Below are positions 25,057-34,767 of a stretch of DNA of 64,000 bases, piece by piece. This stretch comes from Burkholderiales bacterium (GTDB lineage Bacteria > Pseudomonadota > Gammaproteobacteria > Burkholderiales > SG8-39). The notes under the pieces were generated by a model, which did not search any database, was not told the origin of the DNA, and saw nothing but the letters and a program-made list of their open reading frames with translations. How positions within the stretch are numbered: the stretch's first letter is position 1; every line of letters begins with the position of its first letter. A program made the translations under genes and the position numbers. The stretch is taken from the NCBI GenBank assembly GCA_036262835.1, contig DATAID010000070.1:14419-78418 (forward strand). Reading direction: 5' to 3'.

Positions 25057-26187
25057 TCAGGAGCGCTCATTGCCTCGCCCGTGCGAACGTTCGGGCCGCG
25101 ACTCCTGGTGCGCCTGCTGCGGGCGGTTTTCGTGCCGTTCCTCGCGCGCCTGGCGCTTTTCCTCCTGCTGTACGTGCGGACGCGGTTGCGGCTGCACGTG
25201 CGGGCGCGGCTCGACCTTCGCTTGCGGCTGCGGCGCCTGGACGCGCGGTCTTTGCGGCTGCGCCTGCGCCTGGGGCTGCGGCCGCGTTTCCGGTCGGGGT
25301 CGGGGCTCGGAACGCGGCTGGGGCCGGGCTTCCGGACGCGGCTGCGGGCTCAGCACCTGCGAATCGTGCAGGTCGCGCGCCGGCGGCCGCTGGTAGCGAT
25401 GCGCCTCCGGCGCCGCCGCGAAGCGCTGCTGCACGGCCGGATCGCGATAGGCGACGCCGCGCCGGTGATTCGGATCGTGGTGCCAGCTGCCCGGCTGCAC
25501 GACCACGGTGCGGTTGATGACCACCGGGCGCTCCACGCGCACGGTGTGACGCCGCCAGTCGGCGTGCCCGAAGAAGAAGGTCGCCGAGAGGGCGATCGGA
25601 ATGCCCCATTGGAACACCGCCGGCCGGTAATAGACGACGGCCGGATCGTAGTAGGGCACGTACACCACCTGCGGGTTGGCAGGCTGGATGTAGATCTCGC
25701 CCGCCTGCTGCTGCACGACGAGCTGGCCGTTCGATTGCAGGTTGCCGGCGGCGAGCGCCTGCTGGCGCAGCGCCTGCACGGTGTCCATCACCTGCGGCTG
25801 CTGGGCGAGGAAAGCGTCGCCGAGCGAGCGCGTCCACTGCAGGTTCTCATCCATGCGCTGCAGCACCTGCGGGAAGGCGACCAGCGATTGAACGCTCGGA
25901 TCCCAATCCTGGCCGGCGACGGCCTGCACTGCGGCGTCGCCCTGCAGGCCCGGGTTGGCGCGCGTCCAGCGCGCGGCCTCGACCACCTCGATCGGGTAGG
26001 TCGCGGCCATCAGCACCTGCGAGAGCAGCGCGTCCGGATAGAGCGCGATCGGCGCGAGCATGCGCTCGAGCTCCTGCTGCGCGTAGACCCTGGGCTGCTC
26101 CTGCGCGAAGGCGGCGGGCGTCATGGGCGGAAGCGCGAGTCCCAGCGAGAGACTGGCGGCGAGCAGTGCGGCGATCGGGCGTTTCAT
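25057..26187 (-). CDS. DUF3300 domain protein (secreted) with Pro/Gln/Arg-rich C-terminal repeats
   Basis: Signal peptide. LAPIALYPDALLSQVLMAATYPIEVVEAARW matches the DUF3300 signature. The C-terminus carries degenerate PRPExRPQP repeats. Confidence 0.8.
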   Translation of the reverse strand: MKRPIAALLAASLSLGLALPPMTPAAFAQEQPRVYAQQELERMLAPIALYPDALLSQVLMAATYPIEVVEAARWTRANPGLQGDAAVQAVAGQDWDPSVQSLVAFPQVLQRMDENLQWTRSLGDAFLAQQPQVMDTVQALRQQALAAGNLQSNGQLVVQQQAGEIYIQPANPQVVYVPYYDPAVVYYRPAVFQWGIPIALSATFFFGHADWRRHTVRVERPVVINRTVVVQPGSWHHDPNHRRGVAYRDPAVQQRFAAAPEAHRYQRPPARDLHDSQVLSPQPRPEARPQPRSEPRPRPETRPQPQAQAQPQRPRVQAPQPQAKVEPRPHVQPQPRPHVQQEEKRQAREERHENRPQQAHQESRPERSHGRGNERS

Positions 26188-26345
26188 GGGGCCTCCAATT
26201 TTTTTTGACTCAATGCATTGGACCCTTCGCGGCGCGCGGCGTCTGCTACCAATTGCAACAACCTGTAAGTCGTGTAACTACTTGCGAGCTGTCACCGACG
26301 GGCGACAACTTTTGGTGACTTCTGCCATCGACGCGCGGCGCGCGG

Positions 26346-26663
26346 ATGGGAAGAATCCTTTTCATGCGCCGCGTCCTTTCTCTTGTTCTTTTTCTCCTCG
26401 TCAGCGTTCCGGCGATCCCGGGTGATCCGGGCGCCTGGTTCCGGAAGCTCGACCGGAACAAGGACGGCTACCTCGATCGCAAGGAGCTCGCCGGCATGCG
26501 CCGGCACCTGACGGTCTTCGATCAGGCGGACGAGAACAAGGACGGCAAGCTCGACCCGGCGGAATTCATCCAGGCCGAGGTGCTCGTCAGCGAAATGAGG
26601 CGCGGCGGCGCGAAGCCGATCCCGGCCGCCTCCGAGCCGATCAGGAAAGAGCCGGCGGGCTAG
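26346..26663 (+). CDS. secreted two-EF-hand calcium-binding protein
   Basis: Signal peptide plus two canonical 12-residue loops, DRNKDGYLDRKE and DENKDGKLDPAE. Confidence 0.75.
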   Translation: MGRILFMRRVLSLVLFLLVSVPAIPGDPGAWFRKLDRNKDGYLDRKELAGMRRHLTVFDQADENKDGKLDPAEFIQAEVLVSEMRRGGAKPIPAASEPIRKEPAG

Positions 26664-27614
26664 CTATTCGATCTTCGCGCCGCAGCCGCGCAGCAGCCGC
26701 TCGATTTCCGGGCTCTCGGCGCGGATCTCGTCGGCGAAGGCCTCGGGCGAAGCCGAGGGCAGGGCATCCATACCCTGCGCGGCGATCTTCGCTTTCACGT
26801 CCGGCTTGGAGAGTCCCTTCATCGCCGCCGCGTGCAGCCGCTTCACGATCGCCTCCGGCGTTCCCGCCGGCACGTAAAGGCCGAACCAGAAGGTGGACTG
26901 GAAGCCCGGCACGCCGGCGGCGTCGCCGCCCGGAATGTTGGGAATCGAGGGCGAGCCTTTGGCGACGCTCACGAGGAGCGGCTTCATGCGGCCCGCCTGG
27001 ATGAAGCCCGTCACGGTGGGCGAAGTGGCGAACATCATCTGCGTATCGCCCGCGAGGAGCGATTGCGCCGCCGGGCCGCCGCCCTTGAATTGCACGGAAG
27101 TGATCTTGATATCGGCCGCCTTCTCGAAGGCGCAGGCGGCCACGTGCGGGGCCGAGCCAAAGCCCGCGGAAGCGTTAAAGAGCTTGCCGGGATTCGCCTT
27201 GGCGAAGGCGACGAGATCCTTCGCGCTCTGGAACTGCGACCCCGGCGGGACGACCAGGATGGTGGCGCCGTTCGCGACGCGCGAGACCGGGATGAAATCC
27301 TTGTCGCTATAGGAAAGCCCCTTGTACATCACGCGGTTGTACGCGTGGTTGCCCTGGTTGAGGATGGTGTAGCCGTCGGGCGCGGACTTGGCGACGAATT
27401 CCGAGGCGATCGAGCCGCCGGCACCGGGCTTGTTCTCGACGACGAAAGTGACGCCGAGCTCCTTGGAAAGCTCGTCGGCGATGATGCGTGTGGTGAAGTC
27501 GCCCGAGCCGCCCGGCGGGTAGCCGACGACGATTTTCGGGGGTTTCGAGGGGTAGGTTTGGGAAATTGCCTCGAAAGAGAAAACAATAAAGATCAAAAAC
27601 CAGGATCGCATCAT
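26664..27614 (-). CDS. Bug-family (TctC-like) substrate-binding protein
   Basis: MMRSWFLIFIVFSF signal peptide. YPSKPPKIVVGYPPGGSGD, ENKPGAGGS and ASAGFGSAPH motifs. Its ATG overlaps the TGA of the upstream hydratase (ATGA). Confidence 0.9.
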   Translation of the reverse strand: MMRSWFLIFIVFSFEAISQTYPSKPPKIVVGYPPGGSGDFTTRIIADELSKELGVTFVVENKPGAGGSIASEFVAKSAPDGYTILNQGNHAYNRVMYKGLSYSDKDFIPVSRVANGATILVVPPGSQFQSAKDLVAFAKANPGKLFNASAGFGSAPHVAACAFEKAADIKITSVQFKGGGPAAQSLLAGDTQMMFATSPTVTGFIQAGRMKPLLVSVAKGSPSIPNIPGGDAAGVPGFQSTFWFGLYVPAGTPEAIVKRLHAAAMKGLSKPDVKAKIAAQGMDALPSASPEAFADEIRAESPEIERLLRGCGAKIE

Positions 27615-28393
27615 TTCCCCACGAATTTTGGCGTGCGTTTTTCCATGAAAGCTTTTCGGCCTTCCTTGTGGTCCTCGCTCGCGAAGCACGCCTCGACCAT
27701 CTTCATCGCCTTGTTGAGGTCGCGCTCCTCGGGATCCTTCAGCGCCTGCTGCGCGGCGAACTTGGCCGCGGCCACGGTGAGGGGCGCGTTCTCGGCGATC
27801 AGCTTGCAGATTTCGGCCGTGGCGTTCTCCAGCTCGGCCACCGGCACCACCTTGCTCACGAAGCCCATGCGCAGGGCTTCTCTGGCGTCGAATTTCTTCG
27901 CGGTGAAGAAGATCTCCATCGTGTTGGCCGCGCCGAGCACGTTGATGAAGCGGCGCACGCCCGCCGGGCTGTAGCCCAGGCCGAGGCGCGCCGCGGGCAT
28001 CCGGAAGATCGCGTCCTCGGCGCAGATGCGCAGGTCGCACGCGGCCGCGAAGCCCAGGCCGCCGCCGATGCAAATGCCGCGGATGCTGGCGAGCACGGGC
28101 TTGGTCGCCTTCATCGGCGCGAGGTAGCCCTGCTCGACCGCCCGGTTGTACTCGAACTGCGCCTCGACTGTGCCGCGCAGCTTCTCGAACTGCGAGATGT
28201 CGGCGCCGGAGATGAACGACTTCTCGCCGTCGCCCTTGCAGACGATGACGCGCACCTCGGGATTGGCGTCGAGCTCGGCGAAGGTCTTCGGCAAGGCCTG
28301 CCACATGTCGAAGGTCATCGCGTTCATCTTCGCGGGGTTGGAGAAGACGACGGTCGCGACACCGCCCTGGATCGATGTTTTGAGTTCTGCCAT
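27611..28393 (-). CDS. enoyl-CoA hydratase/isomerase (crotonase) family protein
   Basis: FISGADI, ICIGGGLGFAAACDLR and oxyanion-hole motifs. 260 aa. Confidence 0.9.
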   Translation of the reverse strand: MAELKTSIQGGVATVVFSNPAKMNAMTFDMWQALPKTFAELDANPEVRVIVCKGDGEKSFISGADISQFEKLRGTVEAQFEYNRAVEQGYLAPMKATKPVLASIRGICIGGGLGFAAACDLRICAEDAIFRMPAARLGLGYSPAGVRRFINVLGAANTMEIFFTAKKFDAREALRMGFVSKVVPVAELENATAEICKLIAENAPLTVAAAKFAAQQALKDPEERDLNKAMKMVEACFASEDHKEGRKAFMEKRTPKFVGK

Positions 28394-28402
28394 GTGCTTT
28401 CT

Positions 28403-29584
28403 CTAGATGATTTTTCCGGAACGAAAAGTCTGGATCTCTTGATCTGAAAAACCGATTTCCTTCAAAACCTCATCCGTATGCTCGCCGCGCTCGGGCGAGG
28501 CCGTCAGCAGCTTCGCCGGCGTGCGCGAGAGCTTGACCGGCTGGTTCACGAGCCGCAGCTTGCCGAGCCGCTTGCTGGTGACCTCGGCCGCGGCCTGCAT
28601 GTGCTTCACTTGCGGGTCGTTGAACACCTGGTCCATGCGGTAAATCGGCCCGCTCGGCACGCCGGCTTCGTTCAGGATCTCGACCCATTCCGCGCTCGGC
28701 CTCTTCGCGAACTCCTTGTTGAGCTCGGCGTTGAGGGAATGGCGGTTCTTCGCGCGGCTCTCCGCCTTCTTGTAGTCGGGGTGCTCGAAAAGCTCGGGCC
28801 GGCCGATCGCCTTGCACACGCGCTCCCACATCTTCGTGCCGGCGGCGGCCACGTTGATGTGCCCGTCGGCGGTCTTGTAGGCGGAGGTCGGCATGCTGGT
28901 GGGGTGGTCGTTGCCGACCTGCTCGGGGACTTCGCCCGACATCGTGTAGCGCGCAGCCTGGAAGTCGAGGAGCTGCAGCCCCGCCTGCAGGAGGCTCGAC
29001 TGCACCCACTGGCCTTCGCCGGAGGTTTCGCGCTCGTAGAGCGCGGTGAGGATGCCGAGCGCGGCGAGGAGGCCGCCGGTCACGTCGGCCACCGCGCAGC
29101 CGACCCGCATCGGGCCTTCGCCGGGCTTGCCCGTGACCGACATGATGCCGGAGAGCCCCTGCGCGATCTGGTCGAAGCCCGGGCGCATGCGGTACGGACC
29201 GTCCTGCCCGAAGCCCGAGATGCTCGCGAGGATCACGCGCTTGTTCACTTTCTTCAGCGACTCGTAGTCGATGCCGAGGCGGTCCTTCACGTCGGGGCGG
29301 AAGTTCTCCACCACGACGTCGGCCGTCTTCACGAGGCGCAGGAAGATGTCCTTGCCCTGAGGCGACTTGAGATCCAGGGTCATCGAGCGCTTGTTGCGGT
29401 GCAGGTTCTGGAAATCCGGCCCTTCGCGCGGGCCGCCCATGTCCTCGGGCTGCGTGTTCTCGATCTTGATCACGTCGGCGCCGAAATCGGCGAGCTGGCG
29501 CACGCAGCTCGGGCCGGCGCGCACGCGGGTGAGGTCGAGCACGCGCAGCTTCGAGAGGGCGGGGGAGGCGGTGATCTTCGGCAT
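28403..29584 (-). CDS. family III (CaiB/BaiF) CoA-transferase, canonical architecture
   Basis: LRVLDLTRVRAGPSCVRQLADFGADVIKIE N-terminus, followed by colinear central and small domains. 393 aa. Confidence 0.9.
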   Translation of the reverse strand: MPKITASPALSKLRVLDLTRVRAGPSCVRQLADFGADVIKIENTQPEDMGGPREGPDFQNLHRNKRSMTLDLKSPQGKDIFLRLVKTADVVVENFRPDVKDRLGIDYESLKKVNKRVILASISGFGQDGPYRMRPGFDQIAQGLSGIMSVTGKPGEGPMRVGCAVADVTGGLLAALGILTALYERETSGEGQWVQSSLLQAGLQLLDFQAARYTMSGEVPEQVGNDHPTSMPTSAYKTADGHINVAAAGTKMWERVCKAIGRPELFEHPDYKKAESRAKNRHSLNAELNKEFAKRPSAEWVEILNEAGVPSGPIYRMDQVFNDPQVKHMQAAAEVTSKRLGKLRLVNQPVKLSRTPAKLLTASPERGEHTDEVLKEIGFSDQEIQTFRSGKII

Positions 29585-29608
29585 GGGGCGCTATTGTAGG
29601 ATGCACGC

Positions 29609-30583
29609 ATGAAATCCTGGTGGATCGGCAGCGGAACAGGCGGCGGCACGGCGCTCGAGCAGCGCGAGGTGCCCGAGCCCAGCCCCAAGGCGGGCGAAGT
29701 GCTCGTCAAGGTGCGCGCCGCGGGACTCAATCGCGGCGAATTCATCGGCGGCCACGGGCTCGCCTCGGCGAGCGCGAAGCCGGGCGGCATCGAATGCGCG
29801 GGCGAGGTTGCCGGCGTGGGCGAGGGCGTGAAAGGGGTCGCCGTCGGGACCCGCGTCATGGGCCGCGCTTCGGGCGCCTATGCCGAATACGCGCTCATGC
29901 GCGCGGGCGACGCGATCCTCGTGCCCGAGCGCCTTTCCTGGGAGGAGGCGGGCGCCGCGACGATCGCCTATCTCACCGCCTACGACATGCTCTGGCCGGG
30001 CGGCGAGCTGAAAGCGGGCGAGTGGCTGCTCGTCGCCGGCGTCTCCGCAGGCGTGGGCGTCGCCTCGCTCCAGCTCGGCAAGCTGATCGGCGCCAAGGTG
30101 GCGGGCACCTCCGGGTCGGCCGACAAGCTTGCGAAGCTGAAGTCCCTCGGCTTGGATCTCGCTTTGCAGCACCGCAATGGAGGGTTTTCTCAAAAGATGC
30201 TGGAAGCGACCGGCAACCGCGGCGTGGACCTGGTCGTCAACAACGTCGGCGGCACCGTGTTCGCCGAATGCGTCAAGGTCCTCGCGTACAAGGGGCGTCT
30301 CGCGACGGTGGGCTACGTCGACGGCGTGGTGCACGCCGACTTCGACCTGGCCGCGGTGCACGCCCGCCGGCTCAGGATCTTCGGCGTATCCAACAAGATG
30401 CGCAGCGGCGCGGAGATCGCCGAGAGCGTGCGCGGCTACGTGCGCGACGTGCTGCCGGCGATCGCCTCGGGCACCCTGAAGCCCGTGATCGACAAGGTCT
30501 TTCCCTTCGCCGACCTTCCTGCCGCCAAGGCGCACATGGAAGCCGCCGGGCATCTCGGCAAGATCGTAGTCAGGCTCTCCTAG
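29609..30583 (+). CDS. NADPH:quinone oxidoreductase / zinc-independent MDR-family dehydrogenase
   Basis: VLVKVRAAGLNRGE and LVAGVSAGVGVASLQLGKLIGAKV nucleotide-binding motif. 324 aa. Confidence 0.88.
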   Translation: MKSWWIGSGTGGGTALEQREVPEPSPKAGEVLVKVRAAGLNRGEFIGGHGLASASAKPGGIECAGEVAGVGEGVKGVAVGTRVMGRASGAYAEYALMRAGDAILVPERLSWEEAGAATIAYLTAYDMLWPGGELKAGEWLLVAGVSAGVGVASLQLGKLIGAKVAGTSGSADKLAKLKSLGLDLALQHRNGGFSQKMLEATGNRGVDLVVNNVGGTVFAECVKVLAYKGRLATVGYVDGVVHADFDLAAVHARRLRIFGVSNKMRSGAEIAESVRGYVRDVLPAIASGTLKPVIDKVFPFADLPAAKAHMEAAGHLGKIVVRLS

Positions 30584-30621
30584 TCCGGGAATTGATCCGG
30601 CGCGCGGCGGTCAGAGCACCC

Positions 30622-31311
30622 GTGTCGCGGCGCGCGCGGCTCCTCCTCGGGGCCATTCTTGTCATCGGGGCGCTCGCGGCGGCGTGGCGCTGGACGCCGC
30701 TCGCCGACTACCTGAGCGCCGAGCACATCGTCGGCTGGGCGCGGGCGCTGCGGCGCAATCCCTGGGCGCCCGCGCTGCTCGTCCTTGCCTACACGCCGGG
30801 CACGATGCTCATGTTCCCGACGCCGGTGCTCACGCTCTTCGCCGTCATCGCCTTCGGCGCCTGGCCGGGGGCCGGCTACGCGCTCGCCGGCATCATGCTC
30901 TCGGCCTGCGTCCTGTACGCGATCGGCCGCTTCGTGCGCTACGAAAAAGTGCGGCGCTTCGCGAGCCGCGGCGTCGAGGCCGCGCGCGACCTCGCGCACG
31001 AGCACGGCATCCTCGCCATCGTGGCGGCGAACTTCATGCCGGTGCCGCCCTTCGGCGTGCAGTGCTTCATCGCGGGCGCGGTGCGCATGAAGTTCTGGGA
31101 ATTCGCGCTCGGCAACCTGATCTCGCGCGGCCCCGGCGTGATCGTGGCGGCGATCTTCACGCGCGAGCTGCTCGCCGCGCTGGACGACGACTCGGGCGTC
31201 AACTACTGGCTGCTCGTTCCCGCCGGCATCGTCTTCGTCGCGCTCGCGGTCTTCGGGCGGCGCTGGGCGAAGCGCCGCGAGGCGCGGCTTGGCCGGAAGA
31301 AGCGGAAGTAG
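30622..31311 (+). CDS. TVP38/TMEM64 (DedA-related) family membrane protein
   Basis: Polytopic membrane protein with a family-like layout (YTPGTMLMFPTPVLTLFAVIAFG...). Start uncertain (GTG 30622 or TTG 30592). Confidence 0.7.
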   Translation: MSRRARLLLGAILVIGALAAAWRWTPLADYLSAEHIVGWARALRRNPWAPALLVLAYTPGTMLMFPTPVLTLFAVIAFGAWPGAGYALAGIMLSACVLYAIGRFVRYEKVRRFASRGVEAARDLAHEHGILAIVAANFMPVPPFGVQCFIAGAVRMKFWEFALGNLISRGPGVIVAAIFTRELLAALDDDSGVNYWLLVPAGIVFVALAVFGRRWAKRREARLGRKKRK

Positions 31312-31317
31312 CGCGCT

Positions 31318-32664
31318 TCAGGCGGCTTTCGCCGCGCGCAGCTTCTGCCGGACGAGGCCGATGTGGGTGCGCAGCCGATAGAGCTCGTCGGTGTAGGCGA
31401 GCGGCACCATGATGCCCTCGGCGCGGGCCTCGAGCTTCTCCAGCTGGCCGAGCAGCTCCTCGGGCGGCGTCGACTTTTCCGCGAGGTCGTTCTCGATCTG
31501 GCGCAGGTTGCGGTACCAGCGGAAGATGCGCGAGCGGATGCGGAAGTTGTAGAGCGGCGGCAGGATGCGCGCGAGCGGGATCAGCACCGCCACGATCGAG
31601 AAGAGCGCCACCCACATGCGGTCGACCAGGTTGGCGAGCCAGAACGGCAGGTAGCGCTGCAGCAGCGGCGGGCCCGTGCGGTAGTAGCGCTCAGCGTCGC
31701 GCGCGAGCGGAAACTCGGTGTTGAGCGGGGTGGGGAATTTGCCGGGCGGCGAGACCCAGCTCCCCTGGCTGTGGATACGGCTCGCGGCCTGGACGAAGAG
31801 CTGGACGAGCGCCGGATGCAGATCCTCGCGCGCCACCAGCTGGGCGGTCGAGGCGACGAGCTGGATGTCGCGCGGCGGCACGTTGCGCGAGAGATCGACC
31901 ACGCCGCGCGCCACCGTCACGGGAGAGAGGAAGGCGTAGCGGCGCGAATAGGCCTCGGCCTGCTTGAACTCGAACAGGCGCACGTTCGGCGTCTGGATGA
32001 GCATCTGCACGAGCGGCGACTCGGGCGCCGAGACCATGGCGAGCGCATCGAGCTCGTTGTTGAGCAGCGCGATCACCGCCGGCACGAGATCGAGGTTCTT
32101 GCGCTGGATATCGTCCCGGTTCATGAGGTTCGCCGCGAGGAGGCGGCTCACGACGCCCGGGATGCCGCTGCCGCGCGGGCCGACGTTCACGTTCATGCCG
32201 CGAAAGTCGGCGATCTCGGAAAGTACCCGCTCGGGCGCCTTTTTCGCGACGTCGGCGCGATAGAAGAGCCATACCGGCTCGAAGAACATGCTGCCCAGGG
32301 ACATGAGCGGCAACGACTCGTCCGGCGCCGGCTGCCGGCCGATCTCGGTCGAGCCGCCCTGGACGAACGCGATTTGCACGTCCTCCTTCGGGTCGCGCAG
32401 CAGGCGCAGGTTCTCGCGCGAGCCGTTGGTCTGGCGCACGATCACCTCGATGCCGTAGCGCTTGAGCTCCTCGCGGTAGCGTCCGCCGAAGGTCGAGTAG
32501 GCGCCCTGCTCGGAGCCGGTCGCGAGCACCACGCGCTTGGGCGGCGTGGGCTTGAGGAAGAAATAGGCGCCGACCAGCAGGGCGATCGTCAGGAGGATGA
32601 AAGGTCCCGCCGTGGCGGTGAGCTCGCGGGCCGAGATGAGCGTGTCGCGGATGGTGCGGCGCAT
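31318..32664 (-). CDS. TAXI-family TRAP-type solute-binding protein with membrane anchor and C-terminal TM/coiled-coil extension
   Basis: N-terminal TM segment. VVLATGSEQGAYSTFGGRY...IAFVQGG resembles the TAXI receptor (COG2358). The C-terminus adds a hydrophobic helix and a heptad-like tail. ATG at 32664 is preferred over TTG at 32673. Confidence 0.7.
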   Translation of the reverse strand: MRRTIRDTLISARELTATAGPFILLTIALLVGAYFFLKPTPPKRVVLATGSEQGAYSTFGGRYREELKRYGIEVIVRQTNGSRENLRLLRDPKEDVQIAFVQGGSTEIGRQPAPDESLPLMSLGSMFFEPVWLFYRADVAKKAPERVLSEIADFRGMNVNVGPRGSGIPGVVSRLLAANLMNRDDIQRKNLDLVPAVIALLNNELDALAMVSAPESPLVQMLIQTPNVRLFEFKQAEAYSRRYAFLSPVTVARGVVDLSRNVPPRDIQLVASTAQLVAREDLHPALVQLFVQAASRIHSQGSWVSPPGKFPTPLNTEFPLARDAERYYRTGPPLLQRYLPFWLANLVDRMWVALFSIVAVLIPLARILPPLYNFRIRSRIFRWYRNLRQIENDLAEKSTPPEELLGQLEKLEARAEGIMVPLAYTDELYRLRTHIGLVRQKLRAAKAA

Positions 32665-32754
32665 CGCCGGCAACTATAACGCGCGAGTGGAACGGCGATT
32701 GCGCCCTTCACGAAAGCGGGTCTAAGCTTCTCCGCTCAAGGAGGAGCTAACCCC

Positions 32755-34020
32755 ATGAAACGCACCCTGATTGCCCTGGCGCTGGCCGGCTTCGGCTGCG
32801 GCATGCTGACCGCCACGGCGCAGCAGAAGGACGCCGCCAAGCCCGCCCCGAAGGCCGCCGCCCCGGCGCCGAAAGCCGAAGCGAAGAAGGAAGAGGAGCC
32901 GTTTTGGGCGGTCGGGCGCCCAAAAGGCGACGCGACTGCGAAGATGGCGCCCGTGCCGGCGCTGCCGATCGCCACCGCGGCCGACCAGCTGCCGGTGAAA
33001 AAGATCAAGCTGCCGCCGGGCTTCAAGGTCGAGGTCTACCAGGCGGGCGTGCTGGACGCGCGCGGCATGCGCGAGGGCGACAAGGGCACGGTCTTCGTCT
33101 CCTCGCTCTTCGTCGCGGGCAAGATCTACGCGATCACGAACAAGGGCGGCAAGCGCGAGCTGAAGACGATCGCCGAGAAGCTCTTCCTGCCGAACGGGAT
33201 CGAGTTCTACAAGGGCGCGCTCTACGTCGCCACGCCGAAGGACATCACCCGCTACGACGGCATCGAGGACAAGCTCGACAGCCCGCCCAAGCCGGTCATG
33301 GTTTACGACAAGCTGCCCGGCGAAGTGCCGCACGGCTGGAAGTTCATCAAGATGGGGCCTGACCACAAGCTCTACGTGCCGATCGGCGCGCCGTGCAACA
33401 TCTGCGAGCCCGACGTGAGCAAGGGCTTCACCACCATCATCCGCATGAACCCGGACGGCTCGGGCGTGGAGACGGTGCTGAAGGGCATGCGCAACACCGT
33501 CGGCTTCGACTGGCACCCGAAGACGAAGGAGCTCTGGTTCGGCGACAACCAGCGCGACTGGCTCGCCGAGGACATGCCGCTCGACGAGGTCAACCGCGTG
33601 ACCAAGACCGGGCAGGACTTCGGCTTCCCCTACTGCCACTCCGGGATCATGGCCGATCCCCAGTTCGGCTGGGGCAAGGACTGCAAGACCTCGGTCAAGC
33701 CCGTGCTCACGATCGGGCCGCACGCGGCGCCGCTCGGCATGCGCTTCTACAGCGGCAAGATGTTCCCGAAGAAGTACCAGAACGCGATCTTCCTCACGCG
33801 CCACGGGCCCTGGAACAAGACCCAGAAATACGCGGCCGACGTGGTGGCGATCCTGATCGACGCCAAGGGCAACGCGAAGATGGAGCCGTTCATGACCGGG
33901 CTGGTGGAGAACAACAGCTACCTCGGGCGGCCGGCCGACGTGCTCGTGCTGAAGGACGGATCGATGCTGGTATCGGATGACCACAACGGGGCGATCTATC
34001 GCATCACGTACGGAAAGTGA
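32755..34020 (+). CDS. PQQ-dependent sugar (sorbosone/glucose) dehydrogenase family protein, periplasmic
   Basis: Strong SD and a signal peptide. GPDHKLYVPIGAPCN, GMRNTVGFDWHP and LWFGDNQRD beta-propeller motifs of soluble PQQ dehydrogenases. Confidence 0.85.
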   Translation: MKRTLIALALAGFGCGMLTATAQQKDAAKPAPKAAAPAPKAEAKKEEEPFWAVGRPKGDATAKMAPVPALPIATAADQLPVKKIKLPPGFKVEVYQAGVLDARGMREGDKGTVFVSSLFVAGKIYAITNKGGKRELKTIAEKLFLPNGIEFYKGALYVATPKDITRYDGIEDKLDSPPKPVMVYDKLPGEVPHGWKFIKMGPDHKLYVPIGAPCNICEPDVSKGFTTIIRMNPDGSGVETVLKGMRNTVGFDWHPKTKELWFGDNQRDWLAEDMPLDEVNRVTKTGQDFGFPYCHSGIMADPQFGWGKDCKTSVKPVLTIGPHAAPLGMRFYSGKMFPKKYQNAIFLTRHGPWNKTQKYAADVVAILIDAKGNAKMEPFMTGLVENNSYLGRPADVLVLKDGSMLVSDDHNGAIYRITYGK

Positions 34021-34021
34021 C

Positions 34022-34597
34022 TTGAGGGTTCTGTTTTGCGCCGTTGTTTTTCTTTTCTCTTCAGAAAGTTTTTCTGCAGAAAAAGACAGCAAGGCAGAAC
34101 CCTGCTTCACCTGCCACGGTAACTCCGGCACGTCGCAAACGGCGCTGACCCCGTCGCTCGGCGGCCAGCCGTCGTTCTTCGTCATCGCGCAGCTCTTTCT
34201 CTTTCGCGAGGCGCGCCGCAACAAGTCGGGCACGCCGATGGACGCGATGGCGAAGCCGCTCAAAGACGACGACCTGCGCTCGCTCGCCGCGCTCTTTTCG
34301 AAGCAGCCGCCGCCCCAGCCGCCGGCCCGGGGGCGCGACGAGGCGAAGTACGCGCGCGGCAAGGCGCTCCTCGCCAAGCGCAATTGCGCCGTCTGCCATA
34401 ACCCGGATTTTTCGGGACGCGACCAGATGCCGCGCCTCGCGGCCCAGCGCGAGGATTACCTCCTCAAGGCCATGCGCGACTACCAGAAGGGCGAGCGCAT
34501 CGGCTACGGCAGCGCCACCATGCCCGAGGAGCTCGCGGGTCTTGGCGACGCCGACCTTGTCGACATCGCGCACTACTTGGCCCACGGCGCGCGCTGA
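34022..34597 (+). CDS. dihaem c-type cytochrome (c4-like)
   Basis: Signal peptide and two CxxCH sites (CFTCH, CAVCH). TTG start 1 nt after the dehydrogenase stop codon. Confidence 0.8.
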   Translation: MRVLFCAVVFLFSSESFSAEKDSKAEPCFTCHGNSGTSQTALTPSLGGQPSFFVIAQLFLFREARRNKSGTPMDAMAKPLKDDDLRSLAALFSKQPPPQPPARGRDEAKYARGKALLAKRNCAVCHNPDFSGRDQMPRLAAQREDYLLKAMRDYQKGERIGYGSATMPEELAGLGDADLVDIAHYLAHGAR

Positions 34598-34767
34598 CCC
34601 TGTAGTGCCAAACACTTAAGGTCGCCCGGGGGCGACGAACCGTCCTGCGCGCCACGCGATGGGCGCGCGCCGCTGTCTCGGCATCTTTCTCTTTTGCAAG
34701 GAAGTCCTCGCCGCAGGCACGCATCCTGCGGAGAGGTCTGCGTTAGTCAACTTCCGGAGGAATTGAA

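Noticed and set aside
25100-25340. Periodic GC-rich repeats at the DNA level that might be mistaken for an array-like repeat.
   Set aside because: They are in frame within the DUF3300 gene and encode its degenerate PRPExRPQP tail. There are no spacers and no conserved repeat unit.
27530-27614. Local AT-rich patches inside otherwise GC-rich genes (also about 6400-6440, 9780-9860, 34022-34080, 37300-37375 and 45150-45220), as possible foreign insertions.
   Set aside because: Each stays in frame. Each corresponds to a signal peptide or an inter-domain linker rich in Ile/Lys/Phe/Ser codons. There are no flanking repeats and no mobile-element genes.
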